A DNA stretch of 64,000 nt from Tubulanus polymorphus (Eukaryota; Animalia; Nemertea). Location of the stretch: the NCBI RefSeq assembly GCF_964204645.1, contig NC_134031.1:4278001-4342000 (forward strand), written 5' to 3'. The notes under the pieces are model-generated. The model was not told the origin of the DNA and ran no database searches. It worked only from the letters and a program-made list of their open reading frames with translations. Both the position numbers and the translations under genes were made by a program. Shown here piece after piece: positions 37,262 through 59,000 of this stretch. Each line of letters opens with the position of its first letter. Within the stretch, counting starts at the first letter, position 1.

Positions 37262-37524
37262 AAGTTAGTTAACCTAATCGTTGGTGGTACGCTTTTTATA
37301 ATCGGATGGGCTTATTCCAACGTGGTATGTGGTTTGTGAAAATATCCGATCGTGAAACTAAACCACAGACTGGTTACTGACTAAGCTGGTCTGTCAGTTC
37401 CTTAGTCAGTAACCTGTCTGTGGTTTAGTTTCACGATCGGATATTTTCACAAACCACATACCGTACCACGTTGGTATAAGCCCATCCAATTATAAAAAGC
37501 TAACCACCAACGATTAGGTAACTA
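37262..37524. mobile_element. Two adjacent inverted copies of the 9-bp-TSD MITE
   Basis: 37262-37383 (TSD AGCTGGTCT) and 37403-37524 (TSD TCAGTTCCT). Confidence 0.85.
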
Positions 37525-40500
37525 TCAGTTCCTGAACCTGAAACCAGACACTTGATCCATGACACAAAGAATATCTAAAACTGAACAAAGAGAATGGAAA
37601 CAATTAACTACTAGTTTTTTTGGGCTATTTTATGATTTTTTTATTATTATGCACACGATATGTATACAAATTGTGTACATACACACACAACTTTCGGTGT
37701 CATTTACATAATATATTTATATAATAAAGCAAATATACAGTCAGTTTACAACCGAAGACAACAAAACCATTGTATAATAATTATAGTACAACGAGAACAA
37801 AGAGCAGTGTTGTGTGAACCCTCACCATCTTTAGTTCTAAAGTACAGACACATTTATAGGCATTGAACGTACTCTTTTTAAAGCCAAGCCAATCGGAGCG
37901 CGGTAACTAATGTTGCGCTTATTACGAAGATGATATATCTATTACCGAACATTATTTATAATAACGCGGGTGCATCCAATTTTGCAGTTCTGAAATGAGC
38001 TGATTTGAACGTCGTAATTTTTACAACAAGCCTAGAAAAAACGAAAGATTTGGCAAGTTAACAGCCCTACTGTTAGACAGCAGTGACTTCAATTACACAA
38101 TTAACAACTTTCAGTATACAGTACACCTCGCCTTACTAATGGACTTTTCAGTAAATTTATCAAAACTGAAAGCATTTTAATTTTCTGATGTATTTGCCTA
38201 TCCTTTAATTCAGACTTTGTTTCATACCAATTCTGCCCGTTCCAGTTTGTCCGAGTTAGCAGGCTAGGTTAACTGTACTCGACTCCATTCGCTACCTTTT
38301 AAAAAATAACCACTTAATGAACATGTACCGGTATATGACATCCTGTGAAAAACAGTATATATTTAAGCCCTAACCCATTTCATGTCGCTCGGATACAACT
38401 CGTGAGTGAAATGCCACAACTCCTTTCAGGAGTATTCTTATTTTCAAAACGTCTATTTTTCTCTTATCAAACTACACAATTCAACAAGCAATAACGAATT
38501 TCAATGAGCACCATACTTCCTAACAATTTAAATGTTAAGGAAAAAGATCAATATTAAATTCATCTGTCTATGTTTACCGGTAAGTTAAAAAGTACGCCCG
38601 ACTTTTTAACGAAAACTAGCATATGAGACATAGTCCTGTTTTTTTAATAATAAAATGTATATACCATTCAATAACTATAAACGTTTATAATATTGATGCC
38701 GATGTTTACGATGTCTCAGATTTAGTCTTTCCCGGGCATCCAAACGGCTACATAAGTAACATTTTTATCACATAATACAAATCAACGAAATCCAAATATA
38801 CAAAACGTTGCATAAGTTTAAGCAGCCTATGTATCAAAACTGAAATTTGGCAAATAAAATAGATATCAAATCTTGTCCTCTTTCAGTGCTTTTTTGATAG
38901 TAGACAAAAACACTCATTATGTTTACAATAAATTATGTACCCTGGTAGGTATGTACTTATTGATAGCAGGCCGTAAAATCGAAACTTTATTTCTGGCAAA
39001 CCTACGTGAAAAGGTTTGTGATACCTGAACTATTTTGGTGGTTTCAGTTACTAAAAATAGAATTATTAAATGAAGAACATAATCTCATATATACCTACTG
39101 GTATTCATTCCTCAAGACTGTGATACGATATCTGTTTCTGTAACAAACGTAAGACAGCGGCGGATCTAGGGTCTGATTCAAGGAGGGTTGCCCCTACAAT
39201 TGGGCACATCATGAAGGGCAGCCCGAAGGAAAGCTCATTGTGAAATATTTAAAACTTATTTTTGGAAATACAGAGAACAAGCTTATGAATCTAAATGTTT
39301 TGAGGTATCGGTTTGATATTTTCAATTTTCCGTAGAATTTCAGCGCGCCCCCTGCACCCTCCCCTTGGATCTGCCCCTGTCGGAGACAAGCCTTACTTAT
39401 AATCATTAATTGGTCATTAATACATTGGCACCATGATAAGTTATAAAAATAACTACAAACTACAAATTACGAGCTAACAAAGCAAAATAAAATCCATTCT
39501 TTCATACACGAAGACACTGTGAAAATGACGATGAATTCACGAAATATATCTTCAACAAAAACATCAATCGACGGGCAAATACTGTTAACAGTTGCAGGTG
39601 AAGAAAAGCAGTTCGATTGAATGCATTTCTCGTTCAAAAATACGAACTTCTACCAGTGGTATCGATGATAATTTCAGGACGACTCTACTCTAGAGTAATT
39701 TCATTCAAAGATCGCGATAATTCTGATAATAATCAATAATAGCGCAAATAAGGCTAAATTTCTAACAATTAAATCACTTGATAACTACTTAACAGTAACC
39801 GGAATGGATGGATTTTGAATCCTCTTTTTTTTTTCTTTCTTTTTAATACCATGAATATGAATAACAGTTCAATAATTTGAATAATGATTGGCACTATGAT
39901 GAAAATGTACATATATTTTATGTAAAAAAGCGTTTAAGAAAATATGCGTAATTTTTTTTCTTCACTTCTCCAACGAGTGAACAACGTTTTGAGCTATACA
40001 AAATGAAATGAAAATTTCAAAACAAGCTAACTAGTAAATGCTAGACTAGTGAGTACTTACAGTACTTCCGATACACACACGCTAAACTAGTACCAGATTT
40101 ACACATATCATGATGAATTCGATCCAACGCGTTCAATCCTCTGAACAACCGAAATTTAAAGAGAGCTATATCCTCTGATCGTGAAGTAAATATGAGTAAC
40201 CAAATACTAAATACTAATGGATTTAATCCATCAATTCGTAAAAAGAAAAATTGATTGCGGATCGGGAAAAGGAGTTATTGTATATCCATTTAACCGTATT
40301 CACTTTTCAGTTGAAGCCCTCCACCCTCATTTAGTTAGAATAACAACAATATTTTAAGACAATGTCGATGACACAACGAAAAAGATTAATTACATTAATT
40401 ACGATAAAAAAATTTCTTTTTAGCGGGGGTGGCAAAACTGATTTGTCTGTGTATCCACATAGTCCTGTTACAACAAACCCCCATATACAGTGAATGCATC

Positions 40501-40909
40501 AACCAAGATTTGAGTCTAACAATTAAATCGTCATTTCATAGCAAAAGCTTTCACAGACAAATGCATCATTGTAAAATCAATTTCAACAAGGCCACCAATT
40601 TTTCAAGGATATATTTCCAGATCAGTTATCACACGAAAAATGAGACAGATTTTTGTAGTTCAACACTTAATACATCAACACTTAATCCCAAGGTTTATTT
40701 TGACTCCTAGGGGCAAATTTTAGCACAGTAGTACGATCGCATTGTGTCGCGATTAAAACACCAAAACAAATCCAACCAAAATAACACTTCCGGTCGAGGC
40801 CGACGCGTAAATGATATTCGATTAAAAATAATAGTTTCATAAACCTTGATATCACTTTTTTCGATAAACGCAAAGATACATAGCGAATTGATCTAACTCA
40901 AAACCAGCA

Positions 40910-47266
<6,357 letters not shown>

Positions 47267-49797
47267 CTAGAAACGAAAAAAAAAAAAAAACGATTTTCAT
47301 AAAATCGCCAATATTCGACGCCCGCCGAAACGTCATGTACCCGCGTATAATGGAATAAGATGAAATAAGACGAAAGTTTCGGACAGGTTCCATATTGTCG
47401 CCGCGAATTTACTTCAATTTCGTCAAAAACATAGTATAGTAAGAAAAGAATTGTCATTAGGCTGCATTTGCTACAGTTCCAATGCCACTATCAAATCACA
47501 TAATATGTACACATTTCTGAGAAGTTGAAATCATCATCCTTACATCAAGACGTTCATCATCGTATCTCTCTTAATTAAACTGAGTAAACTGAGATTCTGA
47601 GCAGGTAAAACAGAGTTCATTCGCTTACAACAGCATTATATTACACGTCATCATGGAATTGAACTGTCCGTCAACATGTCTGCGTGATAAATTGATAATT
47701 CATTTTATTCGATATACCTACAACACCTCCGCCATTTTTTTAAAATTTTATCACTTAACCGATTCATTGTAGGCCCGATCATACTACATAGTTTGTTTCA
47801 GTAATAGGTAACTAGAGAGTAAGAGAGCTAACTTGAAAGTTTATTGATGCCTTGAAAATTGTCGGCTAAGAAAAAATTTATTTTGGATTTGAATACTAAT
47901 TGGCAAATTAGACCGCCAACCAGTCGAGCTGCAATATTGATGACATAGGTAGGGTACACAATTCGTTATAAAACCGTGAAAATTGAAAATCAAAATCATG
48001 AAATATATTCAATAACAAAATGAAAGCCAAAATTCGCAGTTTTAATTGCTATTTTGAAATGCCAATATTGACGACGTATTGCACATTGACTCATGCAGAA
48101 CCCTTTAATAAACAACTCATATCCAGTACTAATCAATATATACATTATTATTATGCATGTAGTTAATATGGTGTCAAAAAATGTATACACGGAAGATGCA
48201 TCTTAAAGCTAAGGGGGCAAATTGAAGACGCCTTAAATGGTGAATATCGATGTTCACCGCGACATAGATTTCGAGGAATCTGAAAAGAAAATCTGTTTCC
48301 TAGTACTGACAATTCGTGCCGAAACGAGGTCTGTGTATTAAGCTGCAGGCTGCTCATCTGTCAATCGATACCGATGAACTCAACCTTGGATCAATATTAG
48401 CCCGATTTATTTGGAAGCGTCTGTTTTTCCTGGTATTTTCAATGGCCGGGTCACCCAGAGGCTGAATGCCGGCAAGGTTGCTTAGTAACTGGGACAACTG
48501 AATTTCATCACTCACACTAAATAGGCATTGGTATAAACACTATATGTATATGCAGCGTATGATAAAAGAAGCAACAGTAGCTGATCTAACAAAAATGTCA
48601 GTACAGTGAAAGGCAATCAAATGTTTTAGTTTAAAAAGGGTCACGACAAAAAGGCTGGAAACCAATGTACGATTGATATTGATTGGTCGATTTGATGATT
48701 ATCAAAGTACATAATACATAAACTCATACGGTAACTGATTATACGCATTATACATGACAATCATCAGGACCTCGGAAATCATAATATGATTGTCAAGCCG
48801 AGGCCCTGGAATAATAAAATCACAAATACATATGAAAAAAGAAAAATCTAAGAATGACGGAACATGTTTAGAGTTCAGATAGTGAGAAGGGCATAAAATT
48901 TGGACCGAATCGCAGTCTGAAATGATGGTCTTGTGATTGACTAATAAGAGGTATCGGAAAAGAGATGATTCGAGTAGAATAGAAAAGCTCCCGCATAAAT
49001 ATTAGAAGAAATCATTATGAATTAGAAATGGTCCCTAAAACACTTTACACGGGTATAAGCATCTTGATAATTTCGACACATTTCTGGTAGTTCGCCCATG
49101 ATTTTAAACGTGTGGATCGACAGTAGTTCGATGAGTACCGGTATTAATTTTTGAGATTGAATTCAAAACTTTTAAGGGATGAACAATAAGCGTGACAAGG
49201 AAGTAAGTACCAGTAGCTGATCTACAAAAAAACATCAGTGTAATGAAACTCAAATTTATCAGTTTTATAAGGTCATGACTAAAAGACAATTGCTTGCGCT
49301 CAAAACCAATTTTTTCTAGATAAACAAACAGCGCTGATAACACATGGATCGAGTTCAGCTCAACGGTTCACTGTTCTAAGATACATAGAACTCTAACCTC
49401 GTTCAACTAAAAAAAAAATCATCATAAAACCGATTACTATTGAGCTACGTGACAATCGAATCCTAGACGAACAATTAAGATAATTGTTCATAGATCAAAT
49501 CTAAGTGTAAGCTAGACACAAGCTAGAAATAGAGCTTAAAAAAATTTCATCAAATCTCGCCTTTAAAATCCGACATCGAGAAAATTACGGTTCATAAACA
49601 ACTCATAATGACAGTATAAAACGAGCAAAGGTCAAATAGCCATATTAATCAACGTTTGTCAACTACGTGTTAAACTATGCTTACCGAATCTAATAAGTAT
49701 TCAACTTAGTATCCGTTAGCTTACTGCTTAAAAAAAGTGACAAATTCTTTTCTTCTCCGTGGTGGTTGTTGTGTGCGTGTATGCGATTAACTTCCAG

Positions 49798-49803
<6 letters not shown>

Positions 49804-49830
<27 letters not shown>
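49804..49830. repeat. (GA)n tract in the probable upstream promoter region of the zinc-finger gene
   Basis: Perfect AG repeat; nearby (CAAC)n and (CT)n tracts. Confidence 0.85.
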
Positions 49831-50648
49831 CTACACCAGTAGTCTATGACCTCCAAGTATCTCTTCTATTGCGTCTATATATTGATTTTCCTACCCACGC
49901 TCTATGCGAACTCATTTACCAACAAACGCGCTCACCACCAACTCGCCAACCAACCAACTAACCAACCAACCGTGCACGCGAAACATTTTTAGAAATAATT
50001 CCTCGAATCGCATTTATTAATTCCCGATCAACCTTCAAGCTTTTAAGAACACAACTTTGACAATATATACATATTCACTATATAGACTAGTTTCCAGGCA
50101 TAAATACAATATAGATTTTTTCCACACGCGCAAGAGACACGAGAAGGCTCGAGAATGAGTACACGCTGTATATGCGACTAACTGTGCAATAAAAGCAGAA
50201 AAATGAGGCCTGCGCGACCTTCACCTCTACCGATCGACGTTTATTTATAATTCTGGTGCACTCGACTCACAAACCACGCTCTTTCTCTCTCTCTCTCTTT
50301 TCTATCAGATGTTTAGTATAAAATATTAAGTCAAGGTGACCCGGTTTTATAGGTTACGGGACTATACCAAAACAACCTGATTTACAGTAACCGTGTCGCC
50401 AGGTTTACCGGGGCAAACCTTTTAATGGTACTAGAAATAAAACTGTGTCATCAATAATCATATATATTCAATACCTGATGATATACAGACGCGATAAAGG
50501 TCAAGGCTGTCATGTGTCTCAAAATGAATTGAAATACAGACCCCGAGATCCAGATATCAGTTCACGTAGATCGATGATTCAATGGTGAAACTGGACCCAG
50601 TACTGCAGTAATGAGTTAAAATAGTTTATTTCAACTCTAGTAAAATGT

Positions 50649-51875
50649 AACTAGGGGTCCAGGGACACCATGGAAAGTGGTTTCAAATGCTCAACAATCT
50701 AACAATTTCAATATTAACCCCCTGGTGACCATATACAAAAACCAATGATCTTGAAACTCACCACAATCATAGAATATGTCAGCAGCTATGATTTTTTCAA
50801 TTGATTGTGATAACAAAATATGCCTCGTCACCAATTTAATATGGAAATACTAAGTTATTCTACTATTCAACGCCCCCTAATAACCATATGCAAAACCCAA
50901 TGACCTTGAAACTCACCACAATCATAGAACATATCATGAACTACAACTTTGCAATTGATCATGGTAACAAAATATGCTTAGGTACCAATCTAATAAGGAA
51001 ATACTAAGTTATTCTACTATTCAACACCCCTGGTGACCACATAGAATCACAATTTACTTAAAACTCACCAGAATCATAGAGGATGTCATGAGCTACAACT
51101 TTGCAATTGATTGTGGTAACAAACTATGCATAGGTACGAATATAATATAGAAATACTAAGTTATTGTATTATTCAATGCCCCTGGTGGCCATATACAAAA
51201 ACCAATGACCTTGAAACTCACCAAAATCATAGAACAGGTTATGGGCAACAACTTTCTTATTGATTATGGTTACAAATTATGTTTAGGTATCAATATAATA
51301 TGGAAAAACTTTTTCCCACCTACGAATGAGCACTGATGACACCAAGATTGCTGCCAATTGCGCCACAATTGGCTGATCAAAAATGCTGGTCTCAGGTATA
51401 AAATATCGCTTTTCAAAGAATACCCATCACAAATTGCAATGAGAAATGGCAAACAAGTAGGAAGCTACAGGACTCAGAATTCGGGCCAAATTTGACATTT
51501 TTGGACACTAAAAAGGTCATAGGACGACCATCTTGAGTCCGATCGACCCAATTTTTCTTATGCTGATGGGCCCTTGGGGGATTCAAATATATACGAAAGA
51601 TCAAGGTAATTGATCGAAGAGTCTTCAAAATTTCCCTCAAAAATGTGTAAAAAGTGCTGATTTTGGCGAACAACAATGGCTGCCAGTCGGCCATCTTTAT
51701 TCTGACAGGGCCAGTTTTTGGGCTGAAGATGTGTCTAGGGTAGATACATAGGCCTATGTAACCAAATATCAAGACATTATATTGAAGCGTCTTCAAAACT
51801 TCCCAAAATAACTGGATTCCGTCTACGGCCGGACGAACAGACGGACGAAAAGTGAACGCAATAGCCCGCTGTGAC
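50649..51875 (+). mobile_element. Non-autonomous Helitron/Helentron-like element with an internal ~153-bp tandem array
   Basis: Four units at ~50719, 50873, 51026 and 51179; GGAC/GACG microsatellite and GAACGCAATAG end. Related copies at ~52200-53290 and ~60975-61615. Confidence 0.6.
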
Positions 51876-54184
51876 CATGCCATGGACCGATCTATATGGA
51901 ATAAAAGCCACTTGCCCGGGGGCAAGCATCTGAAATTTCACTTGCCCCTTCAAAAATCTACTTGCCGTACATATGCTGTCTGACTGGTGGCACAATCATC
52001 CGTTGTATCAATTGGGAAAAAAGCTTTGAGATATAAATACGCACTAGCCCGGCAGACAAGTGAAAATGACTAACCAACTTGCCCGAAATGAGAATATACT
52101 TGTCCCGGGCAATCGCAGAAGCGCTTTGATCACACCCTGCATGCCCCACTTAGTGGAATGCCTGACAATCTGGAAATTTCAATATTCAACATACCTTGAT
52201 GAACAAATACAGTTTGAGGTTTAACTCCCTAGAATCATAGAACATCTGTCATGACCACCAGCAATTTGGTTATTGATTGTGAAAAGGCCTATAGGTACCA
52301 CTGTATAATGGAAATACTGAGTCTTATATTCTGTTATTCAACGCCCCCTGGTGAAGAAACCAATGACCTCGAAACTCAGTCACCACAATATATAAAACAT
52401 GTCATGAGCTGCAACTTTGAAATTGATTGCCACTATTAAATATCCATTCAGTACCAATATGAATGGACAAATTAAATATGATCCAATATTCAGCACCCCT
52501 GGTGGCGAGAACAAAAAATCCCAATTCCATGTGAAGAGGAATCCTATGACAGCACTGACAATTATCAAATATCAAGTATGAAGACTAATAGTATGAAGAC
52601 TAAAGTTAATACTGATGAGACTATTAGATGGCTGCCAATTGTGTAACAATTGACTGATCGAAAAACCTGCGTGATAACCAAAGTATACCCACCATGAATT
52701 TCAAATAAAAAATAGCATTCCATTATGAAACTGGTCTTGGAAATCAGGCCAAAAATAACCTTCTCGAGATGGCCATCTCGAATCTGACCCAATTTTCTTA
52801 TGCTGATTGGCCCTAAGGGGGATACATACATACATCAGTATATATTATCAAAGATGAAGATGATTTATTACAATATCTTCAAACTCTCCCTCGAGAACTT
52901 TAACAAGAGCTCCGAGGGGCAACATAGCCAGCCTGTAGTATTCGCTTTATCATTAAGTGATGCAATTTGGGTTGAAACTGAGCAATTTGATTTACACAGT
53001 ACAATCATAACACAAACAGCCGGTTGACAGGAACAAATATTCAAGATCAATTTATTCTTTTCCTTCATTTCGATGATTTGTATGATTTACGTGGAATAAA
53101 ATTGAATTGAATTGGATGAGATGTTTTTTACTGAATAGAATTTTGATGAAAAACAAGACCGCAGCCATCTAGATTCTGATTAGGCCAATCAAGACAATGT
53201 ATTGTATCTTCGAAATTAACAAAATGGATCCAGTCTATGGACGGATGACGGACAAAAAATGAACGCAATAGGCCACTAATGGGCTAAAAATCTGAAGAAT
53301 AATCTGGAACCTAGAAATGAATTCTGCTATCAGTGTTAACGATTGTATCCTTAACGACAGTACGCACTGCTCAGTTGTGGCAACAGCTTTGTTGTCAGCG
53401 CTATGATACGCTTCTTCTAGGTACTTGATACAATCCAAAGAAACCTCCGAAATCAAATTCTACCTATTTCACTGAGCTAATAGATAATGCACCATCCGTA
53501 CAAGGCTAAGATTCAATCGAAATTACAATACCATATACGGGTATGGTTCTTGTCTGATATTGTTTCATATACATCAATGCATCTACTAGATGTAAGCATC
53601 GAAATCCTTTAAAATACCCATACTGAGAATGTAGGTGAAATGGTATCAGGACAATTGCCCCCTGGACAACTGCCCCCCCCAAATTAAATCTGTTTAATCT
53701 TAAAGTATCACAGATATTTATTTCTAATTAATCAGACGAAGCGAACCAATTCTAGCTAATTAGCACTGATTTAAAGTGTTCGATTGGCACTAAAACTAAT
53801 TCCAATAAATTAGCCAAAGTTAACTAATGCACTAATAAGTGGACTAATTAAGTTTCCTTTAATTTTTTGGTAAGTGAATTATAATAACACAAGGACTGAT
53901 TTAAAGTTTTTTATCTGCACACAACATCAGTAATTCTATATATTATAAATCTATATTCATAAACAAATGAATTTCTAAGTAAAGTATTTAGGTGGTGTTA
54001 ATCCAAATCAAAAAGTATTTTATTCGGGGGAGGCAATTGTCCGGGGGCAATCTTCCTAGAATCAGATGAGATAACTAACATAACAAGTGGTACAACGGGT
54101 GGGCCTGTATCTGACATCCTGTTAATACAGGATTGATTCATTGAGAGACAACTTTGATCTAGATATTGAGGATAATATACTCTA

Positions 54185-55102
54185 CCTTATCTTTCTTCGA
54201 ATATCTCGCTTTGGATTTTTTGTCAAACTCCGATTCTGAAACGTCCGAAAAAAATCCATAAGTTGAGCCGGGTAATAGCGTTTTACAGTGAAGGAATCGT
54301 AATAATCTGTGGGTTATTGTAAGGTTAAGTACCACTCATCCGTGACGACTGAAGGAACTGCAAAAACTGTAAAATCTATTCATTTTCTCAACATATAAAT
54401 TAGATAATAATCTGAAAATATTTTTTAGATTTTGCAGTCACCTCATTCCAGCAGTTAACTTGATCAACAGTTCACCGACATTTTTCGATGACAGAAATCA
54501 ACTAGACCTACCTTTAACTTCGGCTACAGATAACTCGTCGACCTTCCCTCCATTGCCTAAATCATATCCATCATCTTTACTGAGTTTTATCGACGTACAA
54601 TCGTTCGTATTTCTAGAATCGTTTTTCGATCTCGATTCTTCGTTTTCGTCGACAGTTTCCGCCGAAGTTGCTTGGCGATCGCCGATTTCCGTCGAGGCGA
54701 CGTGTTCCGCAGTGTTTCCGTATTTCGCAACGCCATCTTCGACATCCGACGACTGATTTTCAGACGCGACGTATACATTTTTCTGGTTGTCGTCAGCAGC
54801 AGTAAGATCATCGACCGACTTCATCACAACGACGAAGTCGGCTTTAAGTTCGTAATTCTATGTCAAACCGGAATCGTAGTCCTTTGATGCGAATGCGTGC
54901 AATGGCGCCATGCTTCGTGAATGTAGTTCATTATCTGGGATTGCGCGAAGCTTACCAGTGAATCATCAACTTTAAAATCACAGATATTTCACACCGATTC
55001 GACGACGATAAATATTCGACATTATTCGTATCCTCGATGACGACGGACTCCGGGCAATGGAGGGAGGTGTTTATCGTAACAGGATTACAGCGGTTACAAC
55101 CT
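54185..55102 (-). pseudogene. Decayed spliced coding-like segment of unknown family
   Basis: Exon-like CpG-rich composition with acceptors at ~55103 and ~54358 and donors at ~54440 and ~54185; protein-like stretches are broken by stops and frameshifts. Confidence 0.35.
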
Positions 55103-56030
55103 TCTACAAATAGAAAATCATTCGACATCATTTCATTTGTACTCTTAATAACAGATTGATTTCCATGATCCGACAGCATACAGCAGATGGTAGGCTGCTG
55201 CCAGCCTAGTACCCTGCATGTATTGTAGTCATAGATATGGTTCTGAGGCCTACATGAAATCAAATTTATTCAAAATTCCCAAGTTTCTCTTAAGTATTTT
55301 AATGGGTAATTTTTCGATTTTCCAAAATGGATACGAGGCCTTCATTAAAATGAAAAATATCATCATGATACAGGGACGTCAACATAGCAAGAGTGACTGG
55401 TTGGTATTCAAGACAAATTGCTGAAAAACACACCCTTAACAATTCTGTGTGAAGTGTAAAATAAATTTTCAAAATACTTCCACGATCACAGGAAAATTTA
55501 TCAACTATTTCCAAACTAGGGAATATCATTTCAAGTTTTATCCAATTCCCCAGTATTGTGGCAACCATGCATAGGCACCACTAAGTACGCTAGGCAGGCA
55601 TGGATTCAGACGGTAGTACCGTAGGGATCAATCCCAAAAGTAGATAAGGGCACACTTTAACAGGAGGAGGCTGAGGATTTTCCACAAAGTCACACCATTC
55701 ATCAGAATTTCATCTTTATTGCCCGGAAAATACATTGCAATGCTGTAAAGTTTCTAGAAAACGCTTCACATCAGGACTTCATTTGCGCAATGCTTGGAAA
55801 TTCCACCAAAAAGCAGTTTATTTTCTAAATTTTCTGGATTCCCCTCATTTTTCATGGATTATGCCCTTCTTTATCTCAAAAATTGTCCTTGGATCCACCC
55901 ATGCTAGGCCAATATAATAACTAGTACGCCGTGGCTACGGTTACAGGAGTCCGTAAACGGAGTGCGATAGCTGCGGTTACGGGAGTTGGTTAGCGCATGC
56001 GCAATACACTAGAATTCTGACTTGCAATAT

Positions 56031-56095
56031 TGGGATTCAAAACCAAAGCAAAAATTTCTAGCAATAGTCCAGTGCTTTACCAACTGAGCCACAGC
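56031..56095 (-). mobile_element. tRNA-derived SINE-like fragment within a repeat
   Basis: Minus strand GTGGCTCAGTTGGTAAAGC ... GGTTTTGAATCCC. Confidence 0.45.
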
Positions 56096-59000
56096 ACACA
56101 ACTGGGAGTCTCGATCGAAAGTTAATCTATATACAGCCTCACCTTACCCTAACCCTATTCCTTCACGCATGCGCGTACGTAGATATAATAGTGCAGACTC
56201 CCGGAAACAACGTAGAGAGTTTGTAACTAATAACCTTGCGCATTTTACTATTTTACTTCCGGGCCTAAATTCACACTATAATCAGTCGTTAAAATGTGAT
56301 AATTAATGTTTGCTCTACTAGCCTGCTGGTGGTAAGTGATTTGACCCCGGTATCTAAGGTACAATTTTGTTATGTAGCACTGAGGATATGGGGTCAAAAA
56401 CTATATTCCGTTTAACCCCAATCCCGCCTGGCACTGACCCAGGGGTTTGTCACGATAGAAACCATAGATTCAATACACTACAGTAGGCTACCCGAGGTAC
56501 TACCTATGAGAAGAAATAAATGGTACCTAAGATGCTGTACGAATCTTAAACATCCCCAACAGCTATCGTGACAAGCCCCTGTTGGCTGTGGTTAATTGTT
56601 GTTTGCGGTGGTCCCCGAACCGGACTAGGTGATGCTCGATGATGGTTCGCGAACTCCTGCCTGTCACTGTCACTGTCAGTCAGTGTCGTGTGTTAAGTAG
56701 GTAATAAAGGAGGTTGGTAAAAATAGGCCTGCGCTTTTTGCGTTTTACAATAAATTTTCAATCAAACTCATAAATAAATGTATCAAAACAATTTTGCGTT
56801 GTTTGCCAAGCTTGGCTTAATTTCAAATAAATACAAATCAAATCAGATTTTTTTCTAAAATTAAAAAGTAGACGGCTCACTCAACTACTTAGCCCTACTG
56901 TCACTGACTATATCGATAACAGCTCCTATTAAAATGTGGTACTAGTATAGCCAGCTTCTATATACGTATGACTACATCTACTGAGCAGACTTTATATTGC
57001 CGACTTTTCGGCATATTTTGCGGCTTCACTGGCTCCTTTTTCGATACAGGGCCATAAAAATATATTTCATTACGGCAGTACGCAATACGACATAGCCCGA
57101 CACTAGGTTCGAATCCCGAATTGTTTCTGGACGATAATTTTCAGCATAGACTGGGAGGTTCGAATCCCGAATTGTTTCTGAACGAGAAACGAGATTCGAA
57201 TCGCGATTACTTTTGCCATGTCTTTATTCTATTGAATCAAGTTAATTTTCTAATTTTCTATTTAACCATTATTAACTGTGAAACAGTATGCGTCACTACA
57301 TGTTCAAGAATTGACATGGAGGAGTACTGAAGATATAAATGAAATCATGTATCATTAAGTGATGGTGGTATCTCAATCTGCACTAATAGCCTTTAGATCA
57401 TTGTTGCCCCTCAGGAGGCAGGGGGGATTTGAACGACACCTATATCTCCTCAGTATAAATCTCCCTTGTTTGATAAAATGACAAAAAAGTCAACAAGAAA
57501 CTGTTAATTTTAGTTCAAAACAATTTTTATTCTTTATATATCTCATGATTCATATAAATGCATCAGTACTATGTATACATATACATATATATTTTGTTTA
57601 TTACTATTTATCTTTATACAAATACAGGTAGATAGATACCTGTTCGGTTGCCATGGTGGTTATATTTAAATTACTACGATTCTAAAACGACTCAGCACCA
57701 TTTCAATGGAAAGTTTTAAAAAGTCTAAAAAAACATGCCCGAAATAAAAAGTTCTCATCTCATTTGTGAATCCATCAGTTTAAGTAGTACGAAATGATAA
57801 TTAGGAATCAGAAATTTTCAATAAGACAAAATAAGAGAAATGTACGAGAAGTAGATGAATATTATTTCGTTATGATTTCGGTAATACTTGTAAAACTCAG
57901 ATCAGGGGATCCAATATGAAATTGACTGTTCTATAAATAGTTAAGGGAAACTGAAGTAGAAAATTAGATATTTCTGACTGACGAATGTAGAACAAACACC
58001 AATGTAGCTAGTAAGTCTCCCGGATCGGCCCATGATTCTACAGGTTTCCAAGAGAATCTCGCATTGACGATTTATCTTTGATTTAATTTTTCTTGCCGGA
58101 TTCAGTACGGTATATCAAACAGTCCAACACTATTATTGAATTGCATAGAACAAGCACAAATGGTTCATTTCAGCTAACGGTAAAAAAATACTTGCCATAA
58201 AACATACAGATGATTTTACTGTCCAATCAATTACTTCATACGCAAAATTTCACGGAGGATTTTCAACCCTACTTGCCAGGCACAGCGAACGAGTTTGTTT
58301 GATGTCGAAGTTTGATGTTAAAGTAATGTAATCCTCGATGAAAGCAAGCGGCAATTTCAATATGAAATCATTTTCATTTTCTAGACCTCTGATCCGTACG
58401 AAACGAAATGGCAAACCGAAAATAATGTAACAACATTCTCAAGTTTGTTGGCATTTAAATTATTCTATGATAATTAAGTCATTACATAGTCTGAGTAAAT
58501 GCAAGTAGTAATATATAGGACTGGTAATTTTTGTATTTGATACTGGCCATTGTAGAGAGAATAGATGACTGATATTTAGGGTAACATAAGCCGCAATCGC
58601 ACGGTGACGATTTGGCCCGGATTGGGCACTAGTCAAATTCGACCCATTCACACGTAAACCACTCACTCGATACTAATTAAACAATTTGCTTATCAAGCAA
58701 AGTTGCAATTTACACACAATTATTTGACCCGTGCTAAAATTTTACTCGGGCCTGGGTCCAACCTTTTTAGTCGGGCGAAATTTGGCACACGCGTGAACAG
58801 TCGTTCTGGGCCAAAAACACTCGTGTGATCGCGGCTGTTACCTCACTAAAAATTCTTGCCGAGTCTTCATCAACATTCATACACGCTTCATAAAATTTTA
58901 GACCCAGTAACGAAATGAGCGTGTAATAATCGGATAAATCATAATCAAATTTTCACCCAAGAATCGTGTATCGTATCTTATATTCTTCTAAATTCAAATT

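Noticed and set aside
57094-57210. tRNA genes (GGTTCGAATCCC twice)
   Set aside because: B-box-like direct repeats without an A box or cloverleaf; likely transposon subrepeats.
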